Part shown: positions 51,912 through 64,000 of the stretch, piece after piece
How positions within the stretch are numbered: position 1 is the stretch's first letter
Layout of the letters: each line of letters opens with the position of its first letter
From: Octopus sinensis
Taxonomy: Eukaryota
Assembly: GCF_006345805.1 (NCBI RefSeq)
Contig: NC_043017.1
Coordinates: 10,354,001 to 10,418,000 of the forward strand
DNA: 64,000 nt
Direction: 5' to 3'
The notes under the pieces: generated by a model
What the model was told of the DNA's origin: nothing
The model's input: the letters and a program-made list of their open reading frames with translations, nothing else
Database searches by the model: none
Program-made: the position numbers and the translations under genes

Positions 51912-52204
51912 ATATATGTATGTGTGTGTTTGTCCCCCACCAACACTGCTGACAACCGATACTGGTGTGTTTATGTCCCCGTAACTTAGCAGTTCAGCAA
52001 AAGATACTGATAGAACTATTTCACACTCTCTCAAAAGTTTATGAAATTCATATGATGTCAACCGTATATAATTCATAATATATATATATATACATATATG
52101 TGTGTGTATACACATACACACAAGGGTGAGATAAAAACACAAATAAAATTTGCATTACATCTGACTCATCCTTGTGTCAGTATGTGTGTATTCATTCATT
52201 ATAG

Positions 52205-52249
<45 letters not shown>

Positions 52250-52303
52250 TTGAAAGAAACAGATGACACAGGAAAAAGCAAATATTATATAATGAGCTTC
52301 ATT

Positions 52304-52384
52304 AGCTTACAGCTGTTTCTGAAATAAGGTATGGTGGAATCTTAGTCGAGTACCAGGATAACGTCCTACAGCTTCATCAGAGCC
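52304..52384 (-). ncRNA. Hammerhead-like motif with a long stem II insert
   Basis: ggct CTGATGA (~52 nt) GAA ACAGCTGT A^ agct; palindromic stem III, GUA triplet; 10.1/11.1 positions are A/A. Confidence 0.55.
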
Positions 52385-52449
52385 TTGAATATAAAGTGGA
52401 CTTTATTTGGCAAAGTTACATTTTCAGTGCAATGGAAATTGTAGTAATG

Positions 52450-52706
52450 ATCCTTGTGCCGTTGGCAGGTAAAAAGCACCAATCCGATTGTGGCCGTTGC
52501 CAGCCTCGCCTGACACCTGTGCCGGTGGCATGTAAAAAGCACCCATTACACTCACGGAGTGGTTGGCGTTAGGAAGGGCATCCAGCCGTAGAAACACTGC
52601 CAGATCAGACTGGAGCCTGGTGCAGCCTTCTGGCTTCCCAGATCCAGGTCGAACCGTCCAACCCATGCTAGCATGGAAAACGGACGTTAAACGATGATGA
52701 TGATGA
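52450..52706 (+). mobile_element. Family C (RTE 3' UTR) copy
   Basis: As the other family C copies. Confidence 0.92.
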
Positions 52707-52817
52707 CATTTTCAGAACATACAGGTGTTATGAGTGAGAATGTTAATGTTGATGGGTTTGGAAAATTCTGTCCCAAATGAATGACAACAGAAAAGGGATT
52801 ACATAATCATTTCCATT

Positions 52818-52893
52818 AGCTTATAGTTGTTTCTGTTATAAGAAGAACTGAACTCAGAGCTAAGTGCTCAAGCAACATAGCTTCCTCAGAACC
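52818..52893 (-). ncRNA. Decayed relative of the 52304 hammerhead-like motif
   Basis: ggtt CTGAGGA agctat...aca GAA ACAACTAT A agctaat. Confidence 0.45.
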
Positions 52894-52944
52894 ACTTAAA
52901 TGTATATTTAAATAAATAAACACACACACACACACATATATATG

Positions 52945-52999
<55 letters not shown>

Positions 53000-53424
53000 G
53001 TGTGTGTGGGTGTGTATATATATATTTGTGTGTATATATAATATATACATGTGTGTGTGTGTATATATATACATATATGTGTGTATATATATATATGTAT
53101 ATATGAGTGTGTGTGTGTGTGTATATATATATGTATATATGAGTGTGTTTGTATATATATATATATATATAATAAAAAACCTATGTACCTTTGTAAACGC
53201 TAATTTTCATCCTAAACCAATGACAAACCTACAATCCATGGGACAAACTCATGTAGAGGAAATAAATTTTTGAATGTGTTTCAGCTCCAGCCATGCCAGA
53301 ACATGTATCAGTCACTTTTTCTTTTGTTTTGTTCTTTTTATTTGTCTTTACTTGATTCACACACACACACACACACACATTCTATTTTTCTCTCAAATCC
53401 ACAGTATTTCAAACAGACACTTCA

Positions 53425-53460
<36 letters not shown>

Positions 53461-53535
53461 GCAAAATAAAAAAAGTGCAATACATACTTGAATAAACACC
53501 TAAGCAGCACACTTCTAACCAAATAGTCACATAAG

Positions 53536-53566
<31 letters not shown>

Positions 53567-53688
53567 AGAGCAAGGCACACACATACACAAACACACACAC
53601 CTGTAAACATAGACATAGTAATTTCCATTTCTAAAGAATCAGTAAGAAATACACACACACACACACACACACCTGTAAACAGTTACTT

Positions 53689-53720
<32 letters not shown>

Positions 53721-53862
53721 CTTTAAACAAGGAGCCAGAAGCACATGTACACACACACACACACACACACACACAACTAATTAGTCATGAACAAATACAA
53801 ATACACACACGCACACACATATCTTTAAACAAACAGTCAAATGTATATGAAATTCTCAACAG

Positions 53863-53894
<32 letters not shown>

Positions 53895-54733
53895 TCATCA
53901 GACCATTCACACCTGACTAATGATATTAGACAATTAACAAGCTGTTATGTTAATTACATACGTATGTGTGTGTGTGTGTGTGTTTTTTGTGTGTGATAGA
54001 TACAAACACAAACACAAAGATAAAAAAACACACAACACACGCAGACGCATACAGAGATATAGAAAGACATACACACACACACACAGATAAATAGACAGAA
54101 ACACATCACCACACCACACACACACACACACACATATAAACACATATATGCACACACACACACACACACACAAATACATAGCATCCACATACACTCACAT
54201 ATAAAGTCATGAGAGAAGGGGTGGAGTTGAGATAAAATATTTTCTCCCCTCCCCTCAAATGAGCAATAAATAAGCCACAAATACATTAAGTAATCAATGA
54301 TGATGAATGATGATGGTTATGATGATGATTGCTCCAAAAACAATGATAGCGAGTGATAACGAACGGCAACGATTACAATTATTATTGTCAACATCATCAT
54401 CATCGTCATCTTACTCAACCACACCACCGCCACCACCACCACCACCACCACCATCATCACCACCACCACCACCACCACCACCATCACCACCATCACCACC
54501 ACCACCATAATGCATTAATCAGAATGTGAGCATAAAACAATTAGAGCAAATGGACAAAATGTGTTGCAGAGTTATTTAGATGGTTCTCCTTACATTCCAA
54601 GTTCAAATCTTCGTTGGGGATAGTCCCTGCACTTTATCTGTCCAGGGTTGATAGATTTCCGAAATCCGCCGAAACTACACCTGATTATACATAGACTTTA
54701 GATGAGTTGTAGTGCACCTGAGCACTGTACACA

Positions 54734-54775
<42 letters not shown>

Positions 54776-55443
54776 CCTTTGCCTGTCCAAACAATTTTTA
54801 TAAGTCGCTCCTTATAAGACTACCCATGTTGGTTTCCCGAAAATTTATTCAGCCCTTATTTTCATATGCTTTGAGTAATATAAAGTTTTACTTTCATAAG
54901 TCACAAGTAACTCTGGTGGCTGAAAGCAAAAATTGGGAATGTGATATCATATGTGATGCATGGAATCCTGGGAAATAGGTGCTGGTTATCACATGGGATA
55001 CACAGGGCAGGCAATCCGCATGTCAGTGAATGTGTATGGGGGAGGGAGCATGTGTGAGAGCTATGCCTGTAGAAACGCAATCTCCTGTTAGGGCCTCCCA
55101 TGCTGCACAGATCAAAAGATAGAATAATATGGACCACTTCCTTCCAGGGGTAAAAATGGCTTTGCACAGCACCAACAACCACATCGAGAACAAAGCAGAA
55201 CTGCAGAAGTATATCGAAGATAATTCAAACCAGCAAAACATGTTAGAAGCTGATCTTCCCCCAACAAAATATATGGGTTGGGACTAGAGTTCAGTTTGGA
55301 CATATCAGGCCCTGATCTGGAACCCACAACAGCGGTGGGATAGAGAAAGCTCCACAAATAACTAGAGGTGGAATACTGAGGAAGAGCTGAAACAAACATT
55401 GATCCAACTGGAGAGAAATAAAACACAAAAACAGTTCCATTAA

Positions 55444-55665
55444 CCCTTTAGTGATAACATTATTCTGCCATAATTAATGCTTTTTCATCCACATTGTTTT
55501 GAACTAATCATGCATTATCTTGTAGTTATGAGATTTTGATGAGGTAGCTGTTAATTTTTAAAATGATATTGTAGGGTTCGTGTGAGAGACCAGACCTGGC
55601 CAGTTTTGAACGTAAAACAAGCAGAATACTTTTGGCCAGATATGGCCGGTTTAAATGCTATAGGG
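55444..55665. mobile_element. 222-bp piggyBac-type MITE (different family from 48357)
   Basis: TTAA|ccctttag ... aatgctataggg|TTAA. Confidence 0.88.
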
Positions 55666-56089
55666 TTAATGATAGTGGAAGAAAGCTGTTAATGGCGTCT
55701 GCTCCACAGGGAATGAAAGGCTTAAGCAAACAAGTAAGGGATGTGTGTTATGTTTGACCAAGTGCAGAAATGTGTTCCTTGAGGGACGTGTGTGGTACTT
55801 GATTTCAGTATGGGTGGAGAAAAGGACTCTACAGTGTGTGTGTGTGTGTTTGTGCAGCATGTAATGCGAACATTTTCAGTATAAATATAAAATCCAGAAT
55901 GCAAGGAACAAAACCCTTAGGAAATAGCATTGCCAATAAATGTTTCGATGGCGGAAGGAATATAAAAAAGAAAATTCAATTTTGATAAGAACAGGGATTC
56001 TTTACTAAAATAATAAATCTGATGATTATATAATTAACAGATTAAGTATTAAGTCCCCTTTGGACTATTTTGTTACCTTTGATCAAGGG

Positions 56090-56310
56090 TTTTCCCATGT
56101 GTCTGTTTGTATCCTTGTCCTGACCTTATGTGGTGGCTGAAAATAAGTATCACTGTCATACAAGCAATAATATCTGTTTGGAAACAGCCTCCCATGGCTG
56201 GAAAGGTGAAGTTTGGCAACAGGAAAGGCATCCAGCCAATAAAAAAGCCCATCTCAAAAAATTTCCCCTGACCCATGAAGGCACAGAAAGGTAAACATTA
56301 AATGATGATG
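56090..56310 (+). mobile_element. Family E repeat sharing the ggcatccagc motif and (GAT)n tail with family C; inverted relative at 57190-57415
   Basis: tttggcaacaggaaaggcatccagcc...acattaaatgatgatgat. Confidence 0.65.
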
Positions 56311-56359
56311 ATACACGTGCACACACACACACATGCACACACACATATATATATAAAAA

Positions 56360-56590
56360 GGCGGCGAGCTGGCAGAAACGTTAGCACGCCGGGCGAAATG
56401 CGTAGCCATATTTCGTCTGACGTTACGTTCTGAGTTCAAATTCCGCCGAGGTCGACTTTGCCTTTCATCCTCTCGGGGTCGATAAATTAAGTACCAGTTA
56501 CGCACTGGGGTCGATGTAATCAACTTAATCCGTTTGTCTGTCCTTGTTTGTCCCCTCTGTGTTTAGCCCCTTGTGGGTAGTAAAGAAATA
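56360..56590 (+). mobile_element. Family B SINE, full length
   Basis: Near-identical to 18159-18390. Confidence 0.95.
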
Positions 56591-57451
56591 TATATATATA
56601 TATATACATATATATACATGCGCACACATGCTGGGCTTCAGCACAGTTTCTGTCATGCAAATTCCACTCCTCCAAGGCTTTGGTCATACTGGGGCTGCCC
56701 CGGGTTTTCTCCACACAATGCGATTGAACCTGAAACCCTATGGTTTTCATGCAAACTTCTTACCCATATAGCCATGCCCTATGATAGACAGAAATACAGA
56801 CATCTATTTAAAAAACAAAAACAAAAAACAGCTGTTTGAGAGACTCTTATGCTGGTTTCCTATTCACTAACACACACACCACACACACACACACACTAAC
56901 ACACATGCACACTAAAACACAGTAAGACACTTGAACACACACACACAACACACATATTACATTTGTATTAGTAGTTACCAATACCAACCAGGTATTGATC
57001 ATAGGTGTATCAGCTTTTATATTTCAATACCTGTATCTCTCTCACACCTGTACTCCTCATCCAATCACCAAGCAACCATTTTCATTGTTTTCACTTCATC
57101 GTTTCATCTTTGCCGCCACCATGCTGCGAGAATAAGCATCTTTTGATTCTACGATGACAATGATGATGACGATGAAGAGAGATTCATTATTTGAAGCATC
57201 TCATCATCTAATGTCCACTTCTCCACGCTTGTATGGGTCAGACAGAATTTCTTGAGACAGATTTTACATGGCTGGATGCTCTTCCTGTTGCCACTCATCA
57301 CCTGTTTCCAAGCAAGGTAACCTTTTCTCATGACCAGACATGTTTTTCATGGAAGACTGAATACGAACAACTGCGCTTGTATAACAATGATGCTCGTTTA
57401 CAACCATCAACGGTACACACAAACATACAAGCATACATACAGGTGTACATA

Positions 57452-57835
57452 CTCTTTTACTTGTTTCAGTCATTTGACTGCGGCCATGCTGGAGCACCAC
57501 CTTTAATCGAGCAACTCGACCCCGGGACTTATTCTTTGTAAGCCCAGTACTTACTCTATCGGTCTATTGTGCCGAACCGCTAAGTGACGGGGACATAAAC
57601 ACACCAGCATCGGTTGTCAAGCAATGCCAGGGGAACAAACACAAACATACACGCACGCACACATATACATATATACGACGGGCTTCTTTCAGTTTCCGTC
57701 TACCAAATCCACTCACAAGGCTTTGGTCGGCCCAAGGCTATAGTAAAAGACACTTGCCCAAGGTGCCACACAGTGGGACTGAACCCAGAACCATGTGGTT
57801 GGTAAACAAGCTACTTACCACACAGCCACTCCTGC
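57452..57835 (-). mobile_element. Family A SINE, near full length
   Basis: Close to 38713-39106. Confidence 0.94.
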
Positions 57836-58321
57836 AAAACTGAACAATACTGTATCATCATTCCCATCATTTAACATCTGCTTTCCATGCTGGCATGGGT
57901 TGGACAATTTGACAGCATCGAGCAAATCAAAGGACTGCATCAATTGCCAACGGTCTGTTTTGGCAAGGTTTCTACAGCTGGATGCCCTTCCTAATGCCAA
58001 CCACTTTACAGGGTGTATTTGGTGCTTTTATTGTGCCACTGGCACTAGTGAGGTTGCCATGTAACTAGCATGACCGAGAAGAACAAGGAAAAAAGAAGAG
58101 GAAAACGCTCCCACAACAAAGAGGAAGTATTTGGGAAGGAAAAGTGGAGGTAGGTGGCAGTCGGCTAGATGTTGAAAGGCTAAAGTATAATAGAGGAACA
58201 AGCACAGGGGTCTTGCTATGGAGGAGAGATAAGGCTAAAAGAAATAAGAGGAAGGTCGTATGGTGTGCTGTTTTACCCCAACTGATTTACTCTGTGTTTG
58301 TGTGTGTGTGTGTGTGTGTGC

Positions 58322-58745
58322 GCGCGCTTCTCAACCACATGGTCCCAGGTTTGGTTCCATTACATGGCACACCTTGGGTGAGTGTCCTCTTCTACAGCCT
58401 CAGTATAACCAAAACTTTGGGAGTGGTTTTGGTAGACAGAAACTGCAGAAGGTAGAGAGAAGCCATCTTCTTTCCAGCTAAAGTGATGTATTCTCTGTGA
58501 CTGGAATTTGATGAGTAATAATGCTAGGATGATGATGATGTTTAGCCCCAGGTTAGGCCTGATCAAGCACACCTATGATCAAAGGTGTTCCAGAAGTTTT
58601 TGACCTTTTTTTTTTTCTAAAGAAACTGACAGAATAAGAGTCAAGCTTAAAAAATAAGCCCTGGAGGCAATTCATTTAGCTAAAATTCTTCAAGGCAGTG
58701 CCCCAGCATGACCACAGTTAAATGAATGAAACAAGTACACAAATA
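58322..58745 (+). mobile_element. Family A SINE, old and diverged
   Basis: caaccacatggtcccagg...caccttgggtgagtgtcc...gaatgaaacaagtac. Confidence 0.72.
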
Positions 58746-59404
58746 GAAAAATATGATGTCGCTGTCTAACAAATCCTCTCACAAGACATCGGTCAGCTCA
58801 GGGGCCCTAGTGAAAGAGTGCTGTGCAGTGGGATTGAACCTGAAAACCCCGTGGTTGGAAAGCAAGTTCTTTAATCACACAGTCACAGCTGCACTTAATC
58901 AGAAAGTAGAAAGAGTTGATGGCCTGAAGCCAGGATAAAAAGAAGAGGTATGACCAAGCAAACAACAAGAAGAGGGAGAGGCAGGGAAGAGGAACAGGAG
59001 AGAGGACCAGCAGCCACATTCAAAGAATTATCTTCATCAATTTACTCCTGTACTTCTTGTATAGAGTGAGGAATTTAATAGATACAGAACAACTGGATCA
59101 AAATTAGCCTCTTTCATACCAACCTGTCTAAGACTGCCTTTGATTACATGATACAAGCTTCATGTTTTAAAGGAATCTAAACTAAAGCCTATCATCAAAA
59201 CTTTATGCTGATTTAGTTCCAAACAGCGGATTAAAAACAACAAGGAGATTTTAGTAGATTCTTCCTTATTCTTCAAATTAATTGAATTAAAGGTAGCGTA
59301 TTTTAATGGAACCATTGTAATGAAAGGTTTGAAGGTGGCATGGGGCAGTACTATCGGTTGAACATCCATTTTTCCATGTTTCTATAGGTTAGGCTGTGTG
59401 TGTG

Positions 59405-59700
59405 TGAAAGCACATGGTTCAGTGGTAAGAGTGTCAGGCTCACAATCATGAGATAGTGAGTTCAATATCCAGACCAGGCTGTGTGTTGTGTTCTTGAGCA
59501 AGACACTTTATTTCACGTTACTCCAGTTCACTCAATGAGTTGTGACGTCACTGGTGCCAAGCTGTATCGGTTTTTGTTTTTTCCTTGGATGGCATGGAGA
59601 GAGGACGCTGGTCTTCCACAAACAACCTTGCCTGGACTTGTACCTTGGAGGGGAACTTTCTAGGTGCAATCCTATAACCGAAAGGGGTCTTTACTCTTTA
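59405..59700 (+). mobile_element. Family D-related SINE with a third tail type
   Basis: tggttcagtggtaagagtgtc...gagttcaatatcc...ttcttgagcaagacactttatttcacgttactccag. Confidence 0.7.
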
Positions 59701-59957
59701 CCCTATACATGATGATGATGATCATCCTCATCCGTTGTCAATGCTGGCATAGATTGGACGGTTTGATCAAGGCTGGCAAGCTGGAAGGCTGCACTAGACT
59801 CCAGTCAGATTTGGCATGGTCTCTCTATAGCTGAATGCCCTTCCTCATGCCAACCACTCCAAGAGTGTAATGGGTGCTTTTATGTGCCATTTGCATGACA
59901 CTGGTATCTGCTACAATTGCAATTTTGCTTGGCTCGATGGGTGTATATATATATGTA

Positions 59958-60180
59958 TATATATATATATATATATTACGGAGATGTACTCGCATAGCAA
60001 GTAATTTGATCTGAGATCGTGTGCTGAAACGAAAACAATTGCAGCGTGGAAGGTGTTTATAAGCCATTTAAGAAACACACAAAAGCCTTTCGATTCACTC
60101 CAACATTTAAGTTTAATTTGTCAAAATATTTTCGTCGCTAAAATCCGCGACCTGTTCACTGACAAAGTCCGTGCTGCATC
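59958..60180 (-). mobile_element. ~220-bp repeat with a hammerhead variant near its 5' end and (TA)n at its 3' end; relatives at 63062-63176 and 63640-63800
   Basis: Shared acaattgcagcrtggaaggygttt...gattcact...aaatttaattt segment in three copies. Confidence 0.8.
60117..60166 (-). ncRNA. Minimal type I hammerhead-like fold with a G3-C8 swapped core
   Basis: TTTGTCA GTGAACA g GTCGC-ggatttta-GCGAC GAA AATATT T^ TGACAAA. Confidence 0.65.
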
Positions 60181-60375
60181 TTTGTGTTTGTCCTCCACTA
60201 CTGCTTGACAACTGGTACTGGTTTGTTTATGACCTCATAACTTAGTAGTTCAACAAAAAGGCTTTTAAAAAACCCCAATAAGTTTAACTAAACCCTTCTA
60301 GGTCATGTGTATATATATATATATATATGTATACCATATTTGTGGTAAGTGCTGGTCTAAAAAAGCATTGACATA

Positions 60376-60755
60376 CTTTACGGAGAGCTTGCTAGGTCTG
60401 TGGGAGGACCATTCTTACGGTACAAGGATGTTTGCAAAAGAGACATGAAGGCCCGTGACATCAATATTAGCATCTGGGAAGCAGTTGCCGGCAGCTGTGG
60501 AGATTGGCAACGTACCATAAAAGAGGGAACACGAAGGAGCGACAGCAGGAGAGAGGAGAAATGGAAAGACAAGGAAGACGTCAACAAGAAACTATGACAT
60601 TACAACCAGCCAGGCAAAGTCTTTGCTACATTTGCGGCACCCGCCAAGATAGGACTACACAGCCACAGCAGGAGATGTTTTAGGACATGAAATGTAAAAG
60701 CCGGACTGGATTATTTTATGCGCAACTCCATTGTCTCCCAAGACAAAAAGGATGC

Positions 60756-60764
<9 letters not shown>
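60376..60764 (+). mobile_element. RTE (BovB-like) LINE 3' end
   Basis: LYGELARSVGGPFLRYKDVCKRDMKARDINISIWEAVA...CYICG...IGLHSHSRRC; 3' end ccattgtctcccaagacaaaaaggatgcc(aac)n. Confidence 0.9.
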
Positions 60765-60830
<66 letters not shown>

Positions 60831-60844
60831 GTCTCTCTCTCTCA

Positions 60845-61030
60845 CTCATTCTTTTACTTGTTTCAGTCATTCGACTGTGGGCCATGCAGGGACATGACCT
60901 AGAAGGGTTTAGTTAAACTTATTGGGGTTTTTTAAAAGCCTTTTTGTTGAACTACTAAGTTATGAGGTCATAAACAAACAATACCAGTTGTCAAGCAGTA
61001 GTGGAGGACAAACACAAAGACCAGCACACA
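60845..61030 (-). mobile_element. Diverged family A 3' half; an inverted near-identical copy lies at 60179-60308
   Basis: 60892-61020 is the reverse complement of 60179-60308. Confidence 0.88.
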
Positions 61031-61126
61031 TACAGACACATAATTAATTATTAACATCAGAAAGAATATTAACAAAAGGTAATCTTAATCTCCAACTTAA
61101 GATTGAGAAACCCGGACATAGGTAAA

Positions 61127-61523
61127 TCTCTCTCTATATATAAAGCTGAAGTTGTCTGTGTATGGCAGGTTTGGTAGCCTTCAATTAACACTATCTCCTC
61201 CAAGACCCTGTGGCGCAAGTTGACCAAAATTGAGAGTATGATAGAAGAAGGCTTGCTCTTCCTTATGTAGAAGAAAAAATTCAAATTGGACCATGTTAAC
61301 ACCAAAAATTATTTACATCAAAAAGGTGCTTTTTTTTTCTATGAAAATCCCTATTTTTTACGATTTTTTGACTGCTGTGTCGCCATTTTTCGGTGTATTT
61401 CAACCAGAAAATCGCTCACTTAAAGAGAATAACAAGCTACATAATGCAAAATTTTTACTTTTAAAAAATTTCCAATTCTAAAGGGTCGAAACAAACCCGA
61501 GCAACGCCGGGCGATACTGCTAG
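61127..61523 (+). mobile_element. Non-autonomous Helitron
   Basis: A|TCtctctctatatataaag ... cccgagcaacgccggg hairpin ... ctgCTAG|T. Confidence 0.92.
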
Positions 61524-62484
61524 TATATTATAAAGGGTACAGTTGAAAACCTTCCTATATTTCACACATTGATTGGTATGGCACTAGTGAAATTAGCCAG
61601 GTGATAACAGTGTCCTCATGTAACTATTGTTTAACTATTTTTTCTTTCTTTCTGTTTTTTTTTTTTTTCCTTTTTTCAGTTATCATCAAGGTTTTCATTA
61701 ATGTACAGACACCACACGTTTGCAGCTGAAACACTTGTCAACCTGCTAACATTTTCTCTTTTTTGCCACACCCAGTACATTAAAATGCAAGGAGGAAAAT
61801 ACGTTTGTGATATTTTTAAGTGTATAAGGTGGTGAGAAGTTCATTATATTAGCGATCGCAATGTACTTGAGGGAATGTATATATATATATATATATAGAA
61901 ATATATATTTAGTTTGGATGAATTATGGATGTTTGTGTGTGTGGATAGATAGATAGATGGATGGATGGATAGATAGATGGATGGATGGATGGAATAATTA
62001 TAACAGTAGAGAATATGGAGACCGGTACATTCTCAAAACTTATTACCTTTTTGTTTTACTCACCAGAGGAATTTACAGCATGAGTGACAACCCATAAGTA
62101 GTCAAAGATGTTAAATATTAATCGATGCTGTTAGCCATAACCCAGAACACAACTGAGAACTACCACGGTCTCTGCCCAGATAATGTATCCCTCTAAACTC
62201 ATCTATTTATAATATATAAATATGCAAATCTCAAAGCACATAAAGCCATAAATAATAGCTTGTAAATATTGGGTTGACTACAGAAGATACAGGTTCAAAT
62301 CCCATGTGCAGTCTTTCCCTTTTTCTATCCAAAGGGATTTTCAACTCAGTATTTGAATGCTATCATTCATAGCCTTATGTGCATCAAGATCCACTGTTCC
62401 AAAACAGAATGATTTCGCATTCTTTCAAAAGTTTATAAATTTTTATGACTTCAACAAATGTGTGTGTGTGTGTAATGATAATCC

Positions 62485-62650
62485 TTTCTTATTTTAGTAC
62501 AAGACCAGCAAATTTGAGGGACTGGATATGCTGATTACATCAACCCCTAATACTCAAAGGGTACACGTTTTATCATCCCCAAAAGGATGAAAGGCAAAGT
62601 CAACTTCAGCAGAATTTGAACTCAGAACGTAAAGAGAAATGAAATGTCAC
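62485..62650 (-). mobile_element. Family B2 SINE, diverged
   Basis: aaaggatgaaaggcaaagtcaacttcagcagaatttgaactcagaacg. Confidence 0.8.
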
Positions 62651-62962
62651 ATATTACAAACACGTAAGCATAATTTCTTCTATACTGAAATTATTGCTAC
62701 ATGAAAAAGGCTGTGAAACAGCTGCAATCCTAAAGATACCAAGTGGTTAAATAGATATGTTTACCCCTGATATTAAATGGTTTATATACTCCCCATGAAA
62801 CAAATTCATCAATCAGATCCTTTGGGTTTCGTCCACATGAACACACAACGCTTCTCTGTTCTGGATTACCATGGGGACTGTTAGCCGAATCCATGAGAGG
62901 AGCTTTATGAGATAGCCACGATTCCTTGAATCTATGTCTCACACTTCAAATTTATATATAAA

Positions 62963-62998
62963 CAGTGGAACCTCAGCTTACAAATTTAATTTGTTCCT
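62963..62998 (+). mobile_element. Possible isolated pogo/Tigger-type terminal inverted repeat remnant
   Basis: cagtggaacctcagcttacaaatttaatttgttcc resembles, from memory, CAGTGGWACCTCG...TTAAT.CGTTCC termini; no partner end found. Confidence 0.45.
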
Positions 62999-63375
62999 GA
63001 AGGCTATATTTCCCATCAAAAATTCAAGAAGTGGCAAGACGCATTTGAGAAGGGATGGACTGCAATCGTGTGCTGAAACAAACACAATTGCAGCATGGAA
63101 GGCGTTTATAAGCCATTTAAGAACATGCCAAAACTGTTAGATTCACTTCAACATTCAAATTTAATTTGTGTCAACTTGAACAGACACATACATCAGTACA
63201 TAAACATACGTTCACATGTACACATGTCTACACACTAAATACTGACATACATACATAAATAAATAAATAAATAAATACAGATACATCTGTACATGCATGC
63301 ATACATATATACATGTGTATAGGCGTGCACGCATACATACACATGTACACACACAAACATATATATATATATCTT

Positions 63376-63612
63376 GCGAGCTGGCAGAAACGTTAGCGCG
63401 CTGGGCGAAATGCTGAGCGGCATTTCGTCTGTCGTTACGTTCCGAGTTCAAATTCCGCCGAGGTCAACTTTGCCTTTCATCCTTTCGGGGTCGATAAATT
63501 AAGTACCAGTTTCGCACTGGGGGGGGGGGGGGGCGATATAATCGACTCAATCCCTTTGTCTATCCTTGTTTGTCCCCTCTATGTTTAGCCCCTTCTGGAC
63601 AGTAAAGAAATA
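63376..63612 (+). mobile_element. Family B SINE
   Basis: gcgagctggcagaaacgttagc...taaagaaata. Confidence 0.93.
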
Positions 63613-63656
63613 TATGTCTTGAAGTAACTGTTATTTTCTCAGATGCTGCACGGAAT

Positions 63657-63706
63657 TTTGTCAGAGAACAGGTCGCAATTTGAAATCGCCGAAAATATTT
63701 TGACAC
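63657..63706 (+). ncRNA. Decayed copy of the G3-C8 hammerhead-like motif
   Basis: tttgtca GAGAACA g gtcgc...cc GAA AATATT T tgaca; U4->A and stem II broken. Confidence 0.5.
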
Positions 63707-63804
63707 AAATTAAATTTAAATGTTGAAGTGAATCTAACGAGTTTTTTTGGAGGGGTCTTCTTAAAAGGCTTACAAACACCTTCCATGCTGCAATTGTTTA
63801 TATC

Positions 63805-64000
63805 TTATATCTGCTTCAGTTATTAGACCGTGACCATGCTGGGGCACTGCATATTTAGTCAAATGAATCAACCCCAGTACTTTTTTTAAGCCTGGTACTT
63901 ATTTTGTTGATCTCTTTTACTGAACCACTAAGTTAGGGGGGGGGACATAAACACACCAACACTGGTTGTCAAACAGTGGGTGGTGGGGGACAAACACAGA
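63805..64000 (-). mobile_element. Family A SINE 3' part, running off the window edge
   Basis: gaccatgctggggcactgc...gggacaaacacaga. Confidence 0.85.

Noticed and set aside
54771-55439. Orphan TTAA-CCCTT end followed by coding-looking sequence
   Set aside because: No matching right TIR, and no recognisable protein in the frames examined.
57112-57135. Exact gccgccaccATG Kozak string
   Set aside because: Followed by a 4-codon ORF (MLRE*); probably chance.
39-63423. The great majority of ORF-track entries (poly HT/IY/CV/M/D/H/S-L)
   Set aside because: They are translations of di-, tri- and tetranucleotide repeats and minisatellites.

Overview
Eukaryotic, repeat-saturated DNA: AT-rich, full of (TA)n/(TG)n/(GAT)n/(AAT)n microsatellites, with a 100-N scaffold gap. 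The SINE/LINE repertoire looks like an octopod (coleoid cephalopod) genome; this is from recall, not a database search. I recognise no host protein-coding gene, so the window is probably intronic or intergenic. Almost all ORF-track entries are microsatellite translations. The only recognisable protein remnants are transposon-derived: four RTE-clade LINE types, one ending in three C2H2-like zinc fingers, and a mariner transposase N-terminus. Also present are tRNA-headed SINE families, non-autonomous Helitrons, TTAA/piggyBac-type MITEs, several gapless foldback hairpins, a near-perfect 431-bp palindrome and many local tandem duplications. The main unexplained signal is a set of about 11 minimal type I hammerhead-ribozyme-like motifs from several distinct Penelope/retrozyme-like repeats. 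One has a fully intact core (27312-27369). One has a compensatory G3-C8 core swap (60117-60166). Three lie in a ~198-bp tandem array (35020-35462). All copies with intact or near-intact cores lie on the minus strand.
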